NCBI GenBank assembly: GCA_043821645.1
Contig: JBDRCO010000026.1
Span: forward strand, 1-59,550
Reading direction: 5' to 3'
Source: Pseudomonadota bacterium
GTDB lineage: Bacteria; Myxococcota; JACRCW01; JAFGSX01
Length of the DNA: 59,550 nt
The notes under the pieces are model-generated. The model saw only the letters and a program-made list of their open reading frames with translations. It did no database searches and was not told the DNA's origin. How positions within the stretch are numbered: the stretch's first letter is position 1; each line of letters begins with the position of its first letter. This document shows, piece after piece, positions 1 through 8,778 of the stretch. Both the position numbers and the translations under genes were made by a program.

Positions 1-74
1 TCGTGATGAACTCCTGTCGCGGCTCCCGTCGACGGGAAGGTCGCGCTTTTTGGTGTGCGATGCAGGGGCCGGGG

Positions 75-413
75 TCAGGCCGCAGGAGGTCCGCGCGGCG
101 GCGCCACGACGACCAGCCAGGCATCCTGGATGTGTTCGCTGGCCACGGGCCGGGGTAGGATCGAGGTGCAGATCTCGCGCTGTTGAAGCAGAGTCCAGGT
201 GGCAAGGACGAGGCCAAGATCGGGGCCATCGCTGAAAGAAAAATCGTCGTCGCCCTGGGACTCGGGCACGGCCGTGGGCCCTTCGCTGCCCGGACCAGGC
301 TGTTGCGATCGGCGCAGGTTGCGCTGGCCTGTGGCAGGCGCCAGCCACAGCAAGACGCCCAGGGTGCTGACCACCACCAGGATCTGCCAGCTCGCTGTTC
401 GCACCTGCCGCAT
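75..413 (-). CDS. Small exported leader protein with C-terminal RGPP motif (putative ribosome-arrest/monitoring peptide)
   Basis: GGGAGG RBS upstream of ATG 413; N-terminal hydrophobic signal (WQILVVVSTLGVLLWLAPA); low-complexity linker; ends ...VVVAPPRGPPAA*. Confidence 0.65.
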   Translation of the reverse strand: MRQVRTASWQILVVVSTLGVLLWLAPATGQRNLRRSQQPGPGSEGPTAVPESQGDDDFSFSDGPDLGLVLATWTLLQQREICTSILPRPVASEHIQDAWLVVVAPPRGPPAA

Positions 414-484
414 CCGCACCTCCCAGGCACAACCCGCGGTCGTCGAAGACTATTCCCGGGGCGCCCGACGCCCGCAGACATGGA

Positions 485-520
485 ATTATATCAGTGTTAT
501 CGGTGTGTTATATTTTGTTG
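485..520 (-). promoter_or_regulatory. Extended -10 promoter (TGATATAAT) with tandem direct repeats over the -35 region
   Basis: Reverse complement of 485-493 is TGATATAAT; TGTTAT at 495-500 and 506-511 (11-bp period), TGTTG at 516-520; AT-rich island in a GC-rich genome. Confidence 0.55.
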
Positions 521-582
521 GGCGATAACCAGGGGGGGCCGTCGAAGCGCGCCGCGCTGGTGGCGAAGCGCTCCACGCCGAC

Positions 583-2034
583 TCACAGCGGCACGTGCAC
601 CTCGACGCGGTCGCCAGGCCGCGGCAGGTAAGCTCCGCTGAAACCCAGGCAGTGCCCGCTATCGAGCAGGGTCCAGCCACCCTCGCTGCTGCTGCTGGCA
701 CGCGGCACGATGTCCTCGCTGCCATCGGCGTGCACGAGCTTGACCACAGCCTCGGCAGGCGGCGCCTCGGGCAGGCAGACCACATCGGTGCGGTTGGCCA
801 GGTCCGCGATCTCCATCATGGTGTCGCGGTAGCTGTCCGAGCACAGAGTGTCGCGTACGCTCAGCGGCATGGCCTCGGCCAGGGCCTGGTAGCGCCGCGC
901 CGGGTCGGCCTGGCAGCAGTGGGTCGCGGGCTGCTCGACACCCTGGCAGCGCTCGGCCGGGATGGCCGGGTGGCAGGAGCACACCGGCTCGCCGTTGATG
1001 CAGATGTCGCAGGTGGCCACGCTGTTGCCCTGGGCCGGGTCGCAGACGTTGCTGTGCACGCCCTCGTCGAGCCGGCAGCCCATGGCCTCGAGTCCGTTGC
1101 CCGCGTCCGAGAAGCCCGCGATGGCCGCCACCCTGACCAGTTCGGGCCGCGTCTTGAGCCGTGTCAAGAAGCGCGCGTGTTCGGCCACCGGCGTCAGCAG
1201 CTCGGGTCGGCTGTAGCACAGGATGCTGGAGCCAGACTGGGCCTCGTCGATGGTCCCGTCGTTGGAGCAATCGTCCTCGTCGGTGACGTAGATGACCACC
1301 AGCTTGGTCTCGACCCTGTCGCCGCAAGCGTTGACCTCATCGCGGCGCCAGAACAGCGCGCGGTCGTCGCTGCAGTCGCGGGCGAGCATGCAGGTCCCTG
1401 CCGCCGGTGTGTCGTGATCCGGCGTCAGGAAGTGCTGCGCGGCCTGCATGCCTTTTTCCAGGGCCGAACCCCAGACGCCCAGATTGCGCACGATGCCACC
1501 AAAGCGTGCGGCCAGGTCCGGCGTCTCGGGGGTGAGCACGGTCAGGGCGGGAGCGTCCGGGGCGGTCTGCAGGCAGCCACGCTGGGGCACCGAGCCCCGC
1601 CCGGCGGCGCTGTAGGGGGAGTCACAGTCATGCATGTCGGTGCTGATCACGCCGATGTGAAACTTGTTGTCCAGCAGCATGAGGCGCTCGATGAAACCAC
1701 ATTCGGCATAGGTGGCCTGGTGATCCGGCGGCCACTGCGCCGGCCCCAGCTGTGCATTCTCGTCGACGTACTGGCGCAGGCGGTTAAAACCCTGGGCGTT
1801 GCACAGGCTCAGCGGGTCCGCGCTGGACGAGGCATTGCGCGCGAGATTGTCCTGCTCCTCTGCCATGGATCCCGAGTTGTCGATGACGAACAGGATGTCC
1901 GCGGCGCGCTCCACCTCGACCCGGGACATCAGCCGGGTCTCGCCACCGGCGGCGGTCAAGGGGACATCGAAGCCGTGATCCACGCAGGCGCTCGCGAGCA
2001 CCACCAGGCTCAGTGCTGCCGTGCATCGTCGCAT
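583..2034 (-). CDS. vWA-domain Cys-rich lipoprotein (myxobacterial CglB-like family)
   Basis: GGAGG RBS; lipobox LASAC; ADILFVIDNSGSM MIDAS motif; FHIGVISTD; VIYVTDEDDCS; many Cys. Confidence 0.8.
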   Translation of the reverse strand: MRRCTAALSLVVLASACVDHGFDVPLTAAGGETRLMSRVEVERAADILFVIDNSGSMAEEQDNLARNASSSADPLSLCNAQGFNRLRQYVDENAQLGPAQWPPDHQATYAECGFIERLMLLDNKFHIGVISTDMHDCDSPYSAAGRGSVPQRGCLQTAPDAPALTVLTPETPDLAARFGGIVRNLGVWGSALEKGMQAAQHFLTPDHDTPAAGTCMLARDCSDDRALFWRRDEVNACGDRVETKLVVIYVTDEDDCSNDGTIDEAQSGSSILCYSRPELLTPVAEHARFLTRLKTRPELVRVAAIAGFSDAGNGLEAMGCRLDEGVHSNVCDPAQGNSVATCDICINGEPVCSCHPAIPAERCQGVEQPATHCCQADPARRYQALAEAMPLSVRDTLCSDSYRDTMMEIADLANRTDVVCLPEAPPAEAVVKLVHADGSEDIVPRASSSSEGGWTLLDSGHCLGFSGAYLPRPGDRVEVHVPL

Positions 2035-2157
2035 GGGACCTCCATCGTGGGGTGCAACTCCTCCTTCCCTCCCTCGCGCTGAACCTTCAGTCGAAAGCGA
2101 GATCTGGCACAAATGGGTGAGCGGCGATCGCAGGTGTGCAGCCCGCCTGGTTCGGTT

Positions 2158-4599
2158 TCAGGTCGTGGGCGGACCGGGCTGGCGCCGCTGGCGCCGACGC
2201 TGCAGGGCTCCCGCGAGCAGGAACAGTGGCCACAGCATGGCGGCGCCCAGGGCCAGGCCCAGGTTGCCCGCCACGTCGAGACCCAGGGCGCTGCGGAAGG
2301 GATCGTCGTCCACCAGGTAGGTCCAGGTCGCAGAAGGCCCACGCAGCTCGGCCTGATCCAGGTCGACCTCGCCTCCGCGGAGGGTCACCCGATCCAGCGC
2401 GCGCTCGAGCTCGCGATCAAAGCTCTCGAGCATGGCCTGAAAGGCCTGATCGGCGCGGCGCAGGAACTCGGTGTGGGGTTGGGTCGTGCCCAGCCGCAGC
2501 AGGGGCAAGGACTCGCGCAGGTCGGCGATGACGCACAGGTGGTTGGCCCAGGCCCGGTCCAGCTGCACCAGGCCGAGCTGCCGCTCCACCGCGTCCAGGG
2601 CAGGCGCTCCGAGCGCCTTTGCGAGCTGCGCATGCGAGCCCGGCACGCGCTGCGCGAACACCGCCTGGGGTGCCGCCAGCAGCTCCTCGCGCAGGTGACG
2701 CAGCATCAAGCGCTGCTGCTCGACGATGCCGGAGTAGCGGCTCAGGGTGTGGCGGATCTCGGTGTTGTGCCCGTCCACCACGCGCTGGGCCCAGTGAATG
2801 CGGCTGCGCACGACGGGGTGCGCGATGCTCTCGCTGCGGCGCGCGCGGTGCTTGTCGGGGATCATCTCCGCCACGCCGTGGCGACGGACCAGGGGATCCT
2901 CGAGGCTGACGAAACAGCAACTCAGCCCCGGATCGCCCTGGCGGCCGGCGCGACCGCGCAGCTGGTTGTCGATGCGCCGGCTGTCGTGACGGTTGAGGCC
3001 GATGACGTACAGCCCACCGGCGGCCACGACATGGTCGCGCGCTGCTCCATCGGCGCCACCGAGGCAGATGTCGATGCCACGCCCCGCCATGTTGGTCGAG
3101 ATGGTCAGGGCCCCGGGGGCGCCCGCCTCGGCGATGATCTGCGCCTCGAGCTCGTCGGTGCGCGCATTGAGTACCTGGCAGTGCAGACCTCGGGCCTCGA
3201 GCCGGGCAGCCAGCTCCTCGCTCTCCGCCACCGAGGCTGTTCCGACGAGCACGGGCTGTCCCTGCGCGTGGGCGTGCACGATCTCGTCCTCGACCGCGGC
3301 GAGCTTGGCCTCGCGATGGCTGAACACGCGATCCTCGAGGTCACGACGGATGCACGGGCAATGCGAGGGTACCGGCACCGTGACCAGCCCGTAGTGCTCG
3401 AACAGCTCGACCTCGCTGGGACGTGCGGTGGCGGTCATGCCCGCGAGCCCCGGGTAGAGCGCGAAGTAGTGCTGCAAGGTCAGGCTGCCCAGCACGATGC
3501 CACTGCGGGTGATGGGCAGGCCCTCGCGCGCCTCGATGGCGGCCTGCAGGCCATCGGGCCAGTGCCTGTCGCTGGCGACGCGGCCGGTGAGCTCGTCGAC
3601 CAGCTCGACCCGCTGCGCGCGCACGATGTAGTCGACGTCGCGGCGCAGGATGGCGCGGGCGTGCAGGGCCTGGTTGAGCAGGGTGTAGGGGAGCTGGTTG
3701 TGCGCGTGCTCGAGGTTACCGCAGCCCAGCGCGGCTTCGGCCCGGGCCTGGCCCTGCTCGGTGAGGCAGGTGCTGCGCCGCGTCTCATCGACCTCGTAGT
3801 CGACCCCGGCCTGTAACTGCGCCGCCAGCGCCGCCATCTGCACCGCGTCCGGGAGACTCTCGCCGCCGTGGCCCGCCAGCACCAGCGGGATGCGCGCCTC
3901 GTCGATGAGGATGGAGTCGGCCTCGTCGACGATGCCGAAGTGCAGGGGCCGCTGCACGCGATCCTCGCTGCGGTACACCAGGCCATCGCGCAGGTGATCG
4001 AAGCCGGCTTCCTTGGCCGTGAGGTAGGTGATGTCTGCGGCGTAGGCGGTGCGCCGGTCGTCGGCGTGCTGGCCCGACTGCACACAGCCCACGCTCAGGC
4101 CGAGCCGGCGGTACACCTCGCCCATCCAGGCCGCGTCGCGGCGCGCCAGGTAGTCGTTGAATGTGAGCACGTGCACGCCGTCACCGCCCAGGGCGTGCAG
4201 GGTGGCCGCGGGCACTGCCGCCAGGGTCTTGCCCTCGCCGGTGGGCAGCTCGGCCAGCTTGCCCTGATGCAGGGCGAGGGCGCCGACGATCTGCTCGTCG
4301 AACAGGCGCTGTCCCAGTACGCGGCGCGCGATCTCGCGCACCAGGGCGAAGGTCTCGACCAGCATCGCGTCGAGGGTGGCCCCGCCGCGTCCTCGCTCGC
4401 GCAGGGTCGCCGCCGAGGCCGAGAGCGCTGCATCGTCGAGGTCACGGACTGTTTGTTCGGCCTGGTTGATCTGCGCCAGGATCTCCAGGTAGGGCGTCAG
4501 CTGGTAGTCCACGGGCTGGTTGCGCAGGCGCGCGAGCAGACGTCCTGTCAGTCCGGGATCGTCCTGGATGTCGCGCCAGTGACGGGTCACATCCACCAA
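2158..4599 (-). CDS. secA2: Accessory preprotein translocase ATPase, SecA2-like
   Basis: Walker A TGEGKT; NDYLARRDA; IVDEADSILIDEARIPL; GMTATA; STNMAGRGIDI; RRIDNQLRGRAGRQGDPG; 813 aa; no C-terminal Zn-binding tail. Confidence 0.85.
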   Translation of the reverse strand: MVDVTRHWRDIQDDPGLTGRLLARLRNQPVDYQLTPYLEILAQINQAEQTVRDLDDAALSASAATLRERGRGGATLDAMLVETFALVREIARRVLGQRLFDEQIVGALALHQGKLAELPTGEGKTLAAVPAATLHALGGDGVHVLTFNDYLARRDAAWMGEVYRRLGLSVGCVQSGQHADDRRTAYAADITYLTAKEAGFDHLRDGLVYRSEDRVQRPLHFGIVDEADSILIDEARIPLVLAGHGGESLPDAVQMAALAAQLQAGVDYEVDETRRSTCLTEQGQARAEAALGCGNLEHAHNQLPYTLLNQALHARAILRRDVDYIVRAQRVELVDELTGRVASDRHWPDGLQAAIEAREGLPITRSGIVLGSLTLQHYFALYPGLAGMTATARPSEVELFEHYGLVTVPVPSHCPCIRRDLEDRVFSHREAKLAAVEDEIVHAHAQGQPVLVGTASVAESEELAARLEARGLHCQVLNARTDELEAQIIAEAGAPGALTISTNMAGRGIDICLGGADGAARDHVVAAGGLYVIGLNRHDSRRIDNQLRGRAGRQGDPGLSCCFVSLEDPLVRRHGVAEMIPDKHRARRSESIAHPVVRSRIHWAQRVVDGHNTEIRHTLSRYSGIVEQQRLMLRHLREELLAAPQAVFAQRVPGSHAQLAKALGAPALDAVERQLGLVQLDRAWANHLCVIADLRESLPLLRLGTTQPHTEFLRRADQAFQAMLESFDRELERALDRVTLRGGEVDLDQAELRGPSATWTYLVDDDPFRSALGLDVAGNLGLALGAAMLWPLFLLAGALQRRRQRRQPGPPTT

Positions 4600-4735
4600 C
4601 AGTGCTCCGCGTCGCGACGCCGGGATGGGCGTGCGGTTGAAGGACAGGCCAGCCCGCGGTCAAGCTAGGCACCTGCGGCAGACAGACAAGGGGAAGGGGC
4701 AGGAGCGTCGCCACCTCGCAGCGGAACCGCGGGTC

Positions 4736-5488
4736 CTAGCTCGGTCGCGCGGATCGCGCGCTGCGATCGCGTCGACGCCTCGTGGCGGCGAGCAGCCCGC
4801 ACAGCAGCCATCCGATGGGGGCTGCTGGTGTGCTCGCACTGCCGCAGGAGCAGCCCGCTGCGGCATTTTGCGCATCGGCGCCGGCGTCGATGACGGCGGA
4901 GCTGCACACCCCGGACGCGCAGGTCTGGCCCGACGGGCAGGGCACGATCACGTGCTGGCCCTGCTGGTTGCAGTCGTACAGACGATCGCGGTCGAGGCAG
5001 ACGGGCTCGCAGGTGGGCCCCGCATCGACGCGGGCGTCGGCGCGGCTTGCCCCGTCGCTGCTCACGCTGACATCGGCGCGCGCAGCGTCCTGGCCAGGCG
5101 AGATCCCGGCATCGGTCGGCGGCGGTGTGCAGGCCGGCAGATCCGGCGTCGTCGAGGTGCTGCTGCTGTCGCCGGGATTGCTGATGTTGGTGGTGCGCCC
5201 GGCTGTCTGCCCGGAAGCCCAGTCGCCGCAGGGATCTCCCAGCTCCTGGCCATTGCTCTGGCCATCGAGGTCACAGTCGATGTCCCACAGGCTGTTCCAG
5301 TTGTGGCTGGAGCCATAGGCCTGGCCAAAAGCATTGCGCGTGCCGCCGCCTGCAGGGTTGACGTGGCAGGTCTCGCAGGAGAACACCGAGCCGTTGGGGA
5401 TGGTGCCCGGGAAACTCGATCGCGCGCGCGCGCCGGGCGCAGCCAGCAGCACGCCGGCGCTCATCACCGCCAGCAGCGTTCGTGACAT
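4736..5488 (-). CDS. Secreted temptin-like/CxxCH domain protein with MYXO-CTERM tail
   Basis: Signal peptide ending ARA; IPNG..CETCHVNPAGGGTRNAFG..W..DCDLDGQSNGQELGDP; tail GCSC-hydrophobic-RRRR. Confidence 0.8.
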   Translation of the reverse strand: MSRTLLAVMSAGVLLAAPGARARSSFPGTIPNGSVFSCETCHVNPAGGGTRNAFGQAYGSSHNWNSLWDIDCDLDGQSNGQELGDPCGDWASGQTAGRTTNISNPGDSSSTSTTPDLPACTPPPTDAGISPGQDAARADVSVSSDGASRADARVDAGPTCEPVCLDRDRLYDCNQQGQHVIVPCPSGQTCASGVCSSAVIDAGADAQNAAAGCSCGSASTPAAPIGWLLCGLLAATRRRRDRSARSARPS

Positions 5489-5680
5489 GAACTCTCCCCT
5501 CTGCACCACCGCACAGGTGCACTGGTGACAACCTGTGCTGGAGCATAGCGCAGCCGCTGCCTGAAGCGCGCGTCGTGTGCGTCGGGGCGGAGCTTGGGTG
5601 GATCGCTGTCTGGGTTGGTGGGGGCTTTGGCGAATCACGACCGCCGGATGCTGCTGCGGGGGCGACGTCGACGGGATTGC

Positions 5681-6739
5681 TTAGCGTCGACGAAGGCGGC
5701 GCAGCGGCAGGGCACACAGGCCCAGCATCAAGACCAGGGCACTCACGCCGGCGCCATCCTGGCCCAGCGAGGCGCAGTCGATGTCGACGTCGTGCCTGTA
5801 GTCGTTCCACGGGCAACTCGGACCGCGGCAGTCCTGGCAGCTCTCCTGGTAGCGGCATTCACCCGCGAAGGTGCAGCTCTGCTCGCCGCAGGAGTCCTCG
5901 ACGCAGGTGACGGTGCAGGACGAGCAGGTCTGCATGCAGTAAGCCCAGTCGCCATCGTGTTCGCAGATCCACTCGCACTCGCCGCAGTAGGGTTCCGCGC
6001 GGCAGCTCTGTCCCTGGTCCGCGAAGGGGCACACCGGGTCCTCGGGGGTGGGCTGGTCGCAGTCCGGCGCGTCCGGGCAGGTGGGCTCGACCGGTGGATC
6101 CACAGGCGGGTCCTCGCCGCAGCTGACGCCCGCGTCGCAGACCGGCGGGTCCTGGGGAGCCGGGGCGCCCGGGTAGTCGCTGCCGTTGGCCGGATCGGTG
6201 CCCGCGGCCACCTCATCGGCATTGCTGAAGCCGTCGCCGTCGGGGTCCTCGTCGCCATCCAGGATGCCGTCGCCATCGGTGTCGGCGTTGTTGGGGTTGG
6301 TGTTGCAGCTACCCTCGACCGCGTCGATCAGGCCATCACCATCGGTGTCCGGCGGCGGAGGAGGCGGAGGGGGCGGAGGAGGCTCGCTGCCAGGTGCATC
6401 GCTGCCGTCGGCGGGGTCGGTACCCGCGGCGATCTCTTCGCTGTTGGTGGCGCCATCGCCGTCGGGATCTTCGTCGCCGTCGAGGATGCCGTCGCCGTCG
6501 GTGTCGGCCACGCCAGGATTGGTGTTGCAGGCGGCCTCATCGTCATCGGCCAGGCCGTCGCCATCGCTGTCGATCGCACCGGGATCTTGCGCGCCCGGGT
6601 CCGAGGTGCACTGCGCCATGCAGGCGTTGTCACCTCCGCACTTGGGGCGGCAGGTCTCCTCGTCGTAGCCGTAGTACTCGTAGACGCAGCCCGTCCCCAC
6701 CAGCAGCGTCAGTCCTGCAAGCCAACTCCATTTCATCAT
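5681..6739 (-). CDS. Lipoprotein with thrombospondin type-3-like Ca-binding repeats, Cys-rich region and MYXO-CTERM-like tail
   Basis: Lipobox VGTGC; two repeats of about 58 aa containing DxDGDG, separated by poly-Pro; tail DCAS-hydrophobic-RRLRRR. Confidence 0.8.
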   Translation of the reverse strand: MMKWSWLAGLTLLVGTGCVYEYYGYDEETCRPKCGGDNACMAQCTSDPGAQDPGAIDSDGDGLADDDEAACNTNPGVADTDGDGILDGDEDPDGDGATNSEEIAAGTDPADGSDAPGSEPPPPPPPPPPPDTDGDGLIDAVEGSCNTNPNNADTDGDGILDGDEDPDGDGFSNADEVAAGTDPANGSDYPGAPAPQDPPVCDAGVSCGEDPPVDPPVEPTCPDAPDCDQPTPEDPVCPFADQGQSCRAEPYCGECEWICEHDGDWAYCMQTCSSCTVTCVEDSCGEQSCTFAGECRYQESCQDCRGPSCPWNDYRHDVDIDCASLGQDGAGVSALVLMLGLCALPLRRLRRR

Positions 6740-6966
6740 GACGCACCTCTCCCGGCCCCCGCCTCACCGGGGGGTTAAGCAGCCCGGTCGTGTACCGGCG
6801 CTGGCGCAATGGCGGTCTCGGCGTGTTGGACGCGGAGTGTGAAGCCTGTTGTGATATTTTTTTGAACGTTCTGGTCTGCGCACGACCCGGGAAATATCGT
6901 CTGCAGCTCGGCACAGGCAGGATCCCACTCTTTTTTTTAACAGCTTCGCCCCATCGAGCGTCCAAC

Positions 6967-7569
6967 ATGACGGACAGCGAACGCGGAGTGGAGCCGGCAC
7001 GGATGCGCAACCAGGAGCTTGTCGAGCGCGTGCAGGCCCAGCTTCCGGGAGCGTTCGAGGAGTTTTACTACGCCTATGTGGACCGCGTGCACCGACACCT
7101 GTTCTCCATCGTGGGCCCGGATTCGGACCTCGACGACCTCGTGCAGCAGACCTTCGTGCTGGTTCACCAGCGAATTCATACCTTTCGCGGAGAATCGAGC
7201 GTCTCGACCTGGCTGCACCGCGTCACCGTCAACGTCGCCCTGGATCACCTGCGACGGCGGCGGCGCTGGTTCCGGCTGGACAGCGTGCGCGACATGCTCC
7301 CCATGCCGTCCGAGCCCGAGCAGCCTGATGCCATGGCCGACCGCGGCCAGCAAATCCGTGTCCTGCACCAGGTCCTCGACAGGCTCAAGCCCAAGAAAAG
7401 ATTGGTGTTCGTGATGTACGAGATCGAGGGCCACACGCTGGAGGAAATCGCCGAGGTGGTGGATTCGTCGGTCAACACGGTGGCGGCCCGGCTGCGCGCG
7501 GCCCGCCAGGAAGTACGACAGGCCATGGAGCGACGCCTCAAGCAGGTGCCACTCAAGGCCGTGGGATGA
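6967..7569 (+). CDS. ECF RNA polymerase sigma factor
   Basis: DDLVQQTF; FRGESSVSTWLHRVTVNVALD; region 4 EGHTLEEIAEV..VNTVAARLRAAR. Confidence 0.92.
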   Translation: MTDSERGVEPARMRNQELVERVQAQLPGAFEEFYYAYVDRVHRHLFSIVGPDSDLDDLVQQTFVLVHQRIHTFRGESSVSTWLHRVTVNVALDHLRRRRRWFRLDSVRDMLPMPSEPEQPDAMADRGQQIRVLHQVLDRLKPKKRLVFVMYEIEGHTLEEIAEVVDSSVNTVAARLRAARQEVRQAMERRLKQVPLKAVG

Positions 7570-8711
7570 CGGACATGGACGAGGTGCGCTGCCAGCAGAT
7601 CCGCGACCAGCTCCACGCCTTCAGGGGTGGTGAGGGCACGCCGCTGTGGCGGCAGTCGGTGGAAGTGCACGTGGCAGGCTGTGCGTCCTGCCGAAGCGAG
7701 CTGTGGCTGCAGGCCGAGCTCGAGAGCGCCGCCAAGCAGGGACCGCCTCCCCTGAGCGATGCCCGCAAGCGAGTGATCCTCGAGGGCGTGCTCGAGGATA
7801 TCGAGGACCAGCCCAGCGTGGTGGCGCGGGTGCGCCGTCTGGGCTGGCCGCGCCTGGCCGTGCCAGCCGTGGCCATGGCGGCGGCCGCAGCCATGATGCT
7901 GTGGCTGCACCAGCCCGAGCCCCAGCCCGAGCTCAGCGGCTGGGTGCAGGCAGGCTTGGGGGTCGAGGCCTTCGCGCCGGAGGCTGCGGCACTGCGCTAC
8001 GAGGCCACGCCGGATCGACCCATCCTGGTGCTGGAGCGGCAGACCGTGATGGTGCGCTTCACGCGGCCCGAGGGCGTGCAGCCGCTGGAGGTGCGCACCC
8101 CCCACGCCACCGTGTACGTGCGGGGTACCGTGTTCTTCGTCGAGGTGCGCGAGGACCAGACAGTGATCGGCGTGCAGCACGGCCTGGTTGAAGTGATGGA
8201 TGCCGAAGGCCGCAGCGTGATGGTCGGCTCGCAGCAGCAGGCGGCCACCACCGTCGACGGCTTTGCCCGCGAGGAGCCCAGGAGTCCGCACTTTGCCATG
8301 CTGGACGCCCTGTTCCCCGAAGAGGAACCGCCGCCCCTCGACGAGCCCCGGCCCCTGCCCGCCGATCCCAAGCCGCGGCCGAGACCGCCCCGCGTCCGCG
8401 CCACGCCCCCGGACCCTGACGCCATCGCGGCGGTGGTCGCGCGCAACAGGTACCTGATCCGCGAGTGCTACGAAAGTGCGCTCAAGAAGGACAGCAGCCT
8501 GGCCGGAACCGTCGAGGTCGAGATCGTGTACGGCGCCGAGGGCCAGGTGCTGGAGGCGCGTCTGCTGGACCAGGGCATAGGCGTCGACGAGGTGCACGAC
8601 TGCATGCTGCAGCGCATCAGCAGCTGGCGCTTCCCCACCAGCGACGCCGGCGCGGTCACCGTGCGCGTCCCCTTCGTGCTCACCCTGGCCCCGAACAAGA
8701 TCGGCAAGTAG
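7566..8711 (+). CDS. Anti-sigma factor: ZAS zinc finger + TM + FecR + Pro-rich linker + TonB/AgmX-type C-terminal domain
   Basis: ATGA overlap with the sigma gene; HVAGCASC; TM; VRTPHATVYVRGTVFFV (FecR); IRECYESALK..LAGTVEV..WRFP..VRVPF. Confidence 0.8.
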   Translation: MTDMDEVRCQQIRDQLHAFRGGEGTPLWRQSVEVHVAGCASCRSELWLQAELESAAKQGPPPLSDARKRVILEGVLEDIEDQPSVVARVRRLGWPRLAVPAVAMAAAAAMMLWLHQPEPQPELSGWVQAGLGVEAFAPEAAALRYEATPDRPILVLERQTVMVRFTRPEGVQPLEVRTPHATVYVRGTVFFVEVREDQTVIGVQHGLVEVMDAEGRSVMVGSQQQAATTVDGFAREEPRSPHFAMLDALFPEEEPPPLDEPRPLPADPKPRPRPPRVRATPPDPDAIAAVVARNRYLIRECYESALKKDSSLAGTVEVEIVYGAEGQVLEARLLDQGIGVDEVHDCMLQRISSWRFPTSDAGAVTVRVPFVLTLAPNKIGK

Positions 8712-8778
8712 GCACCCCGCGAGAGCTTTCTCGTGACTTGCCATGGCGCACTCGCGGGCCCTGCACTAGAACCTGTGG

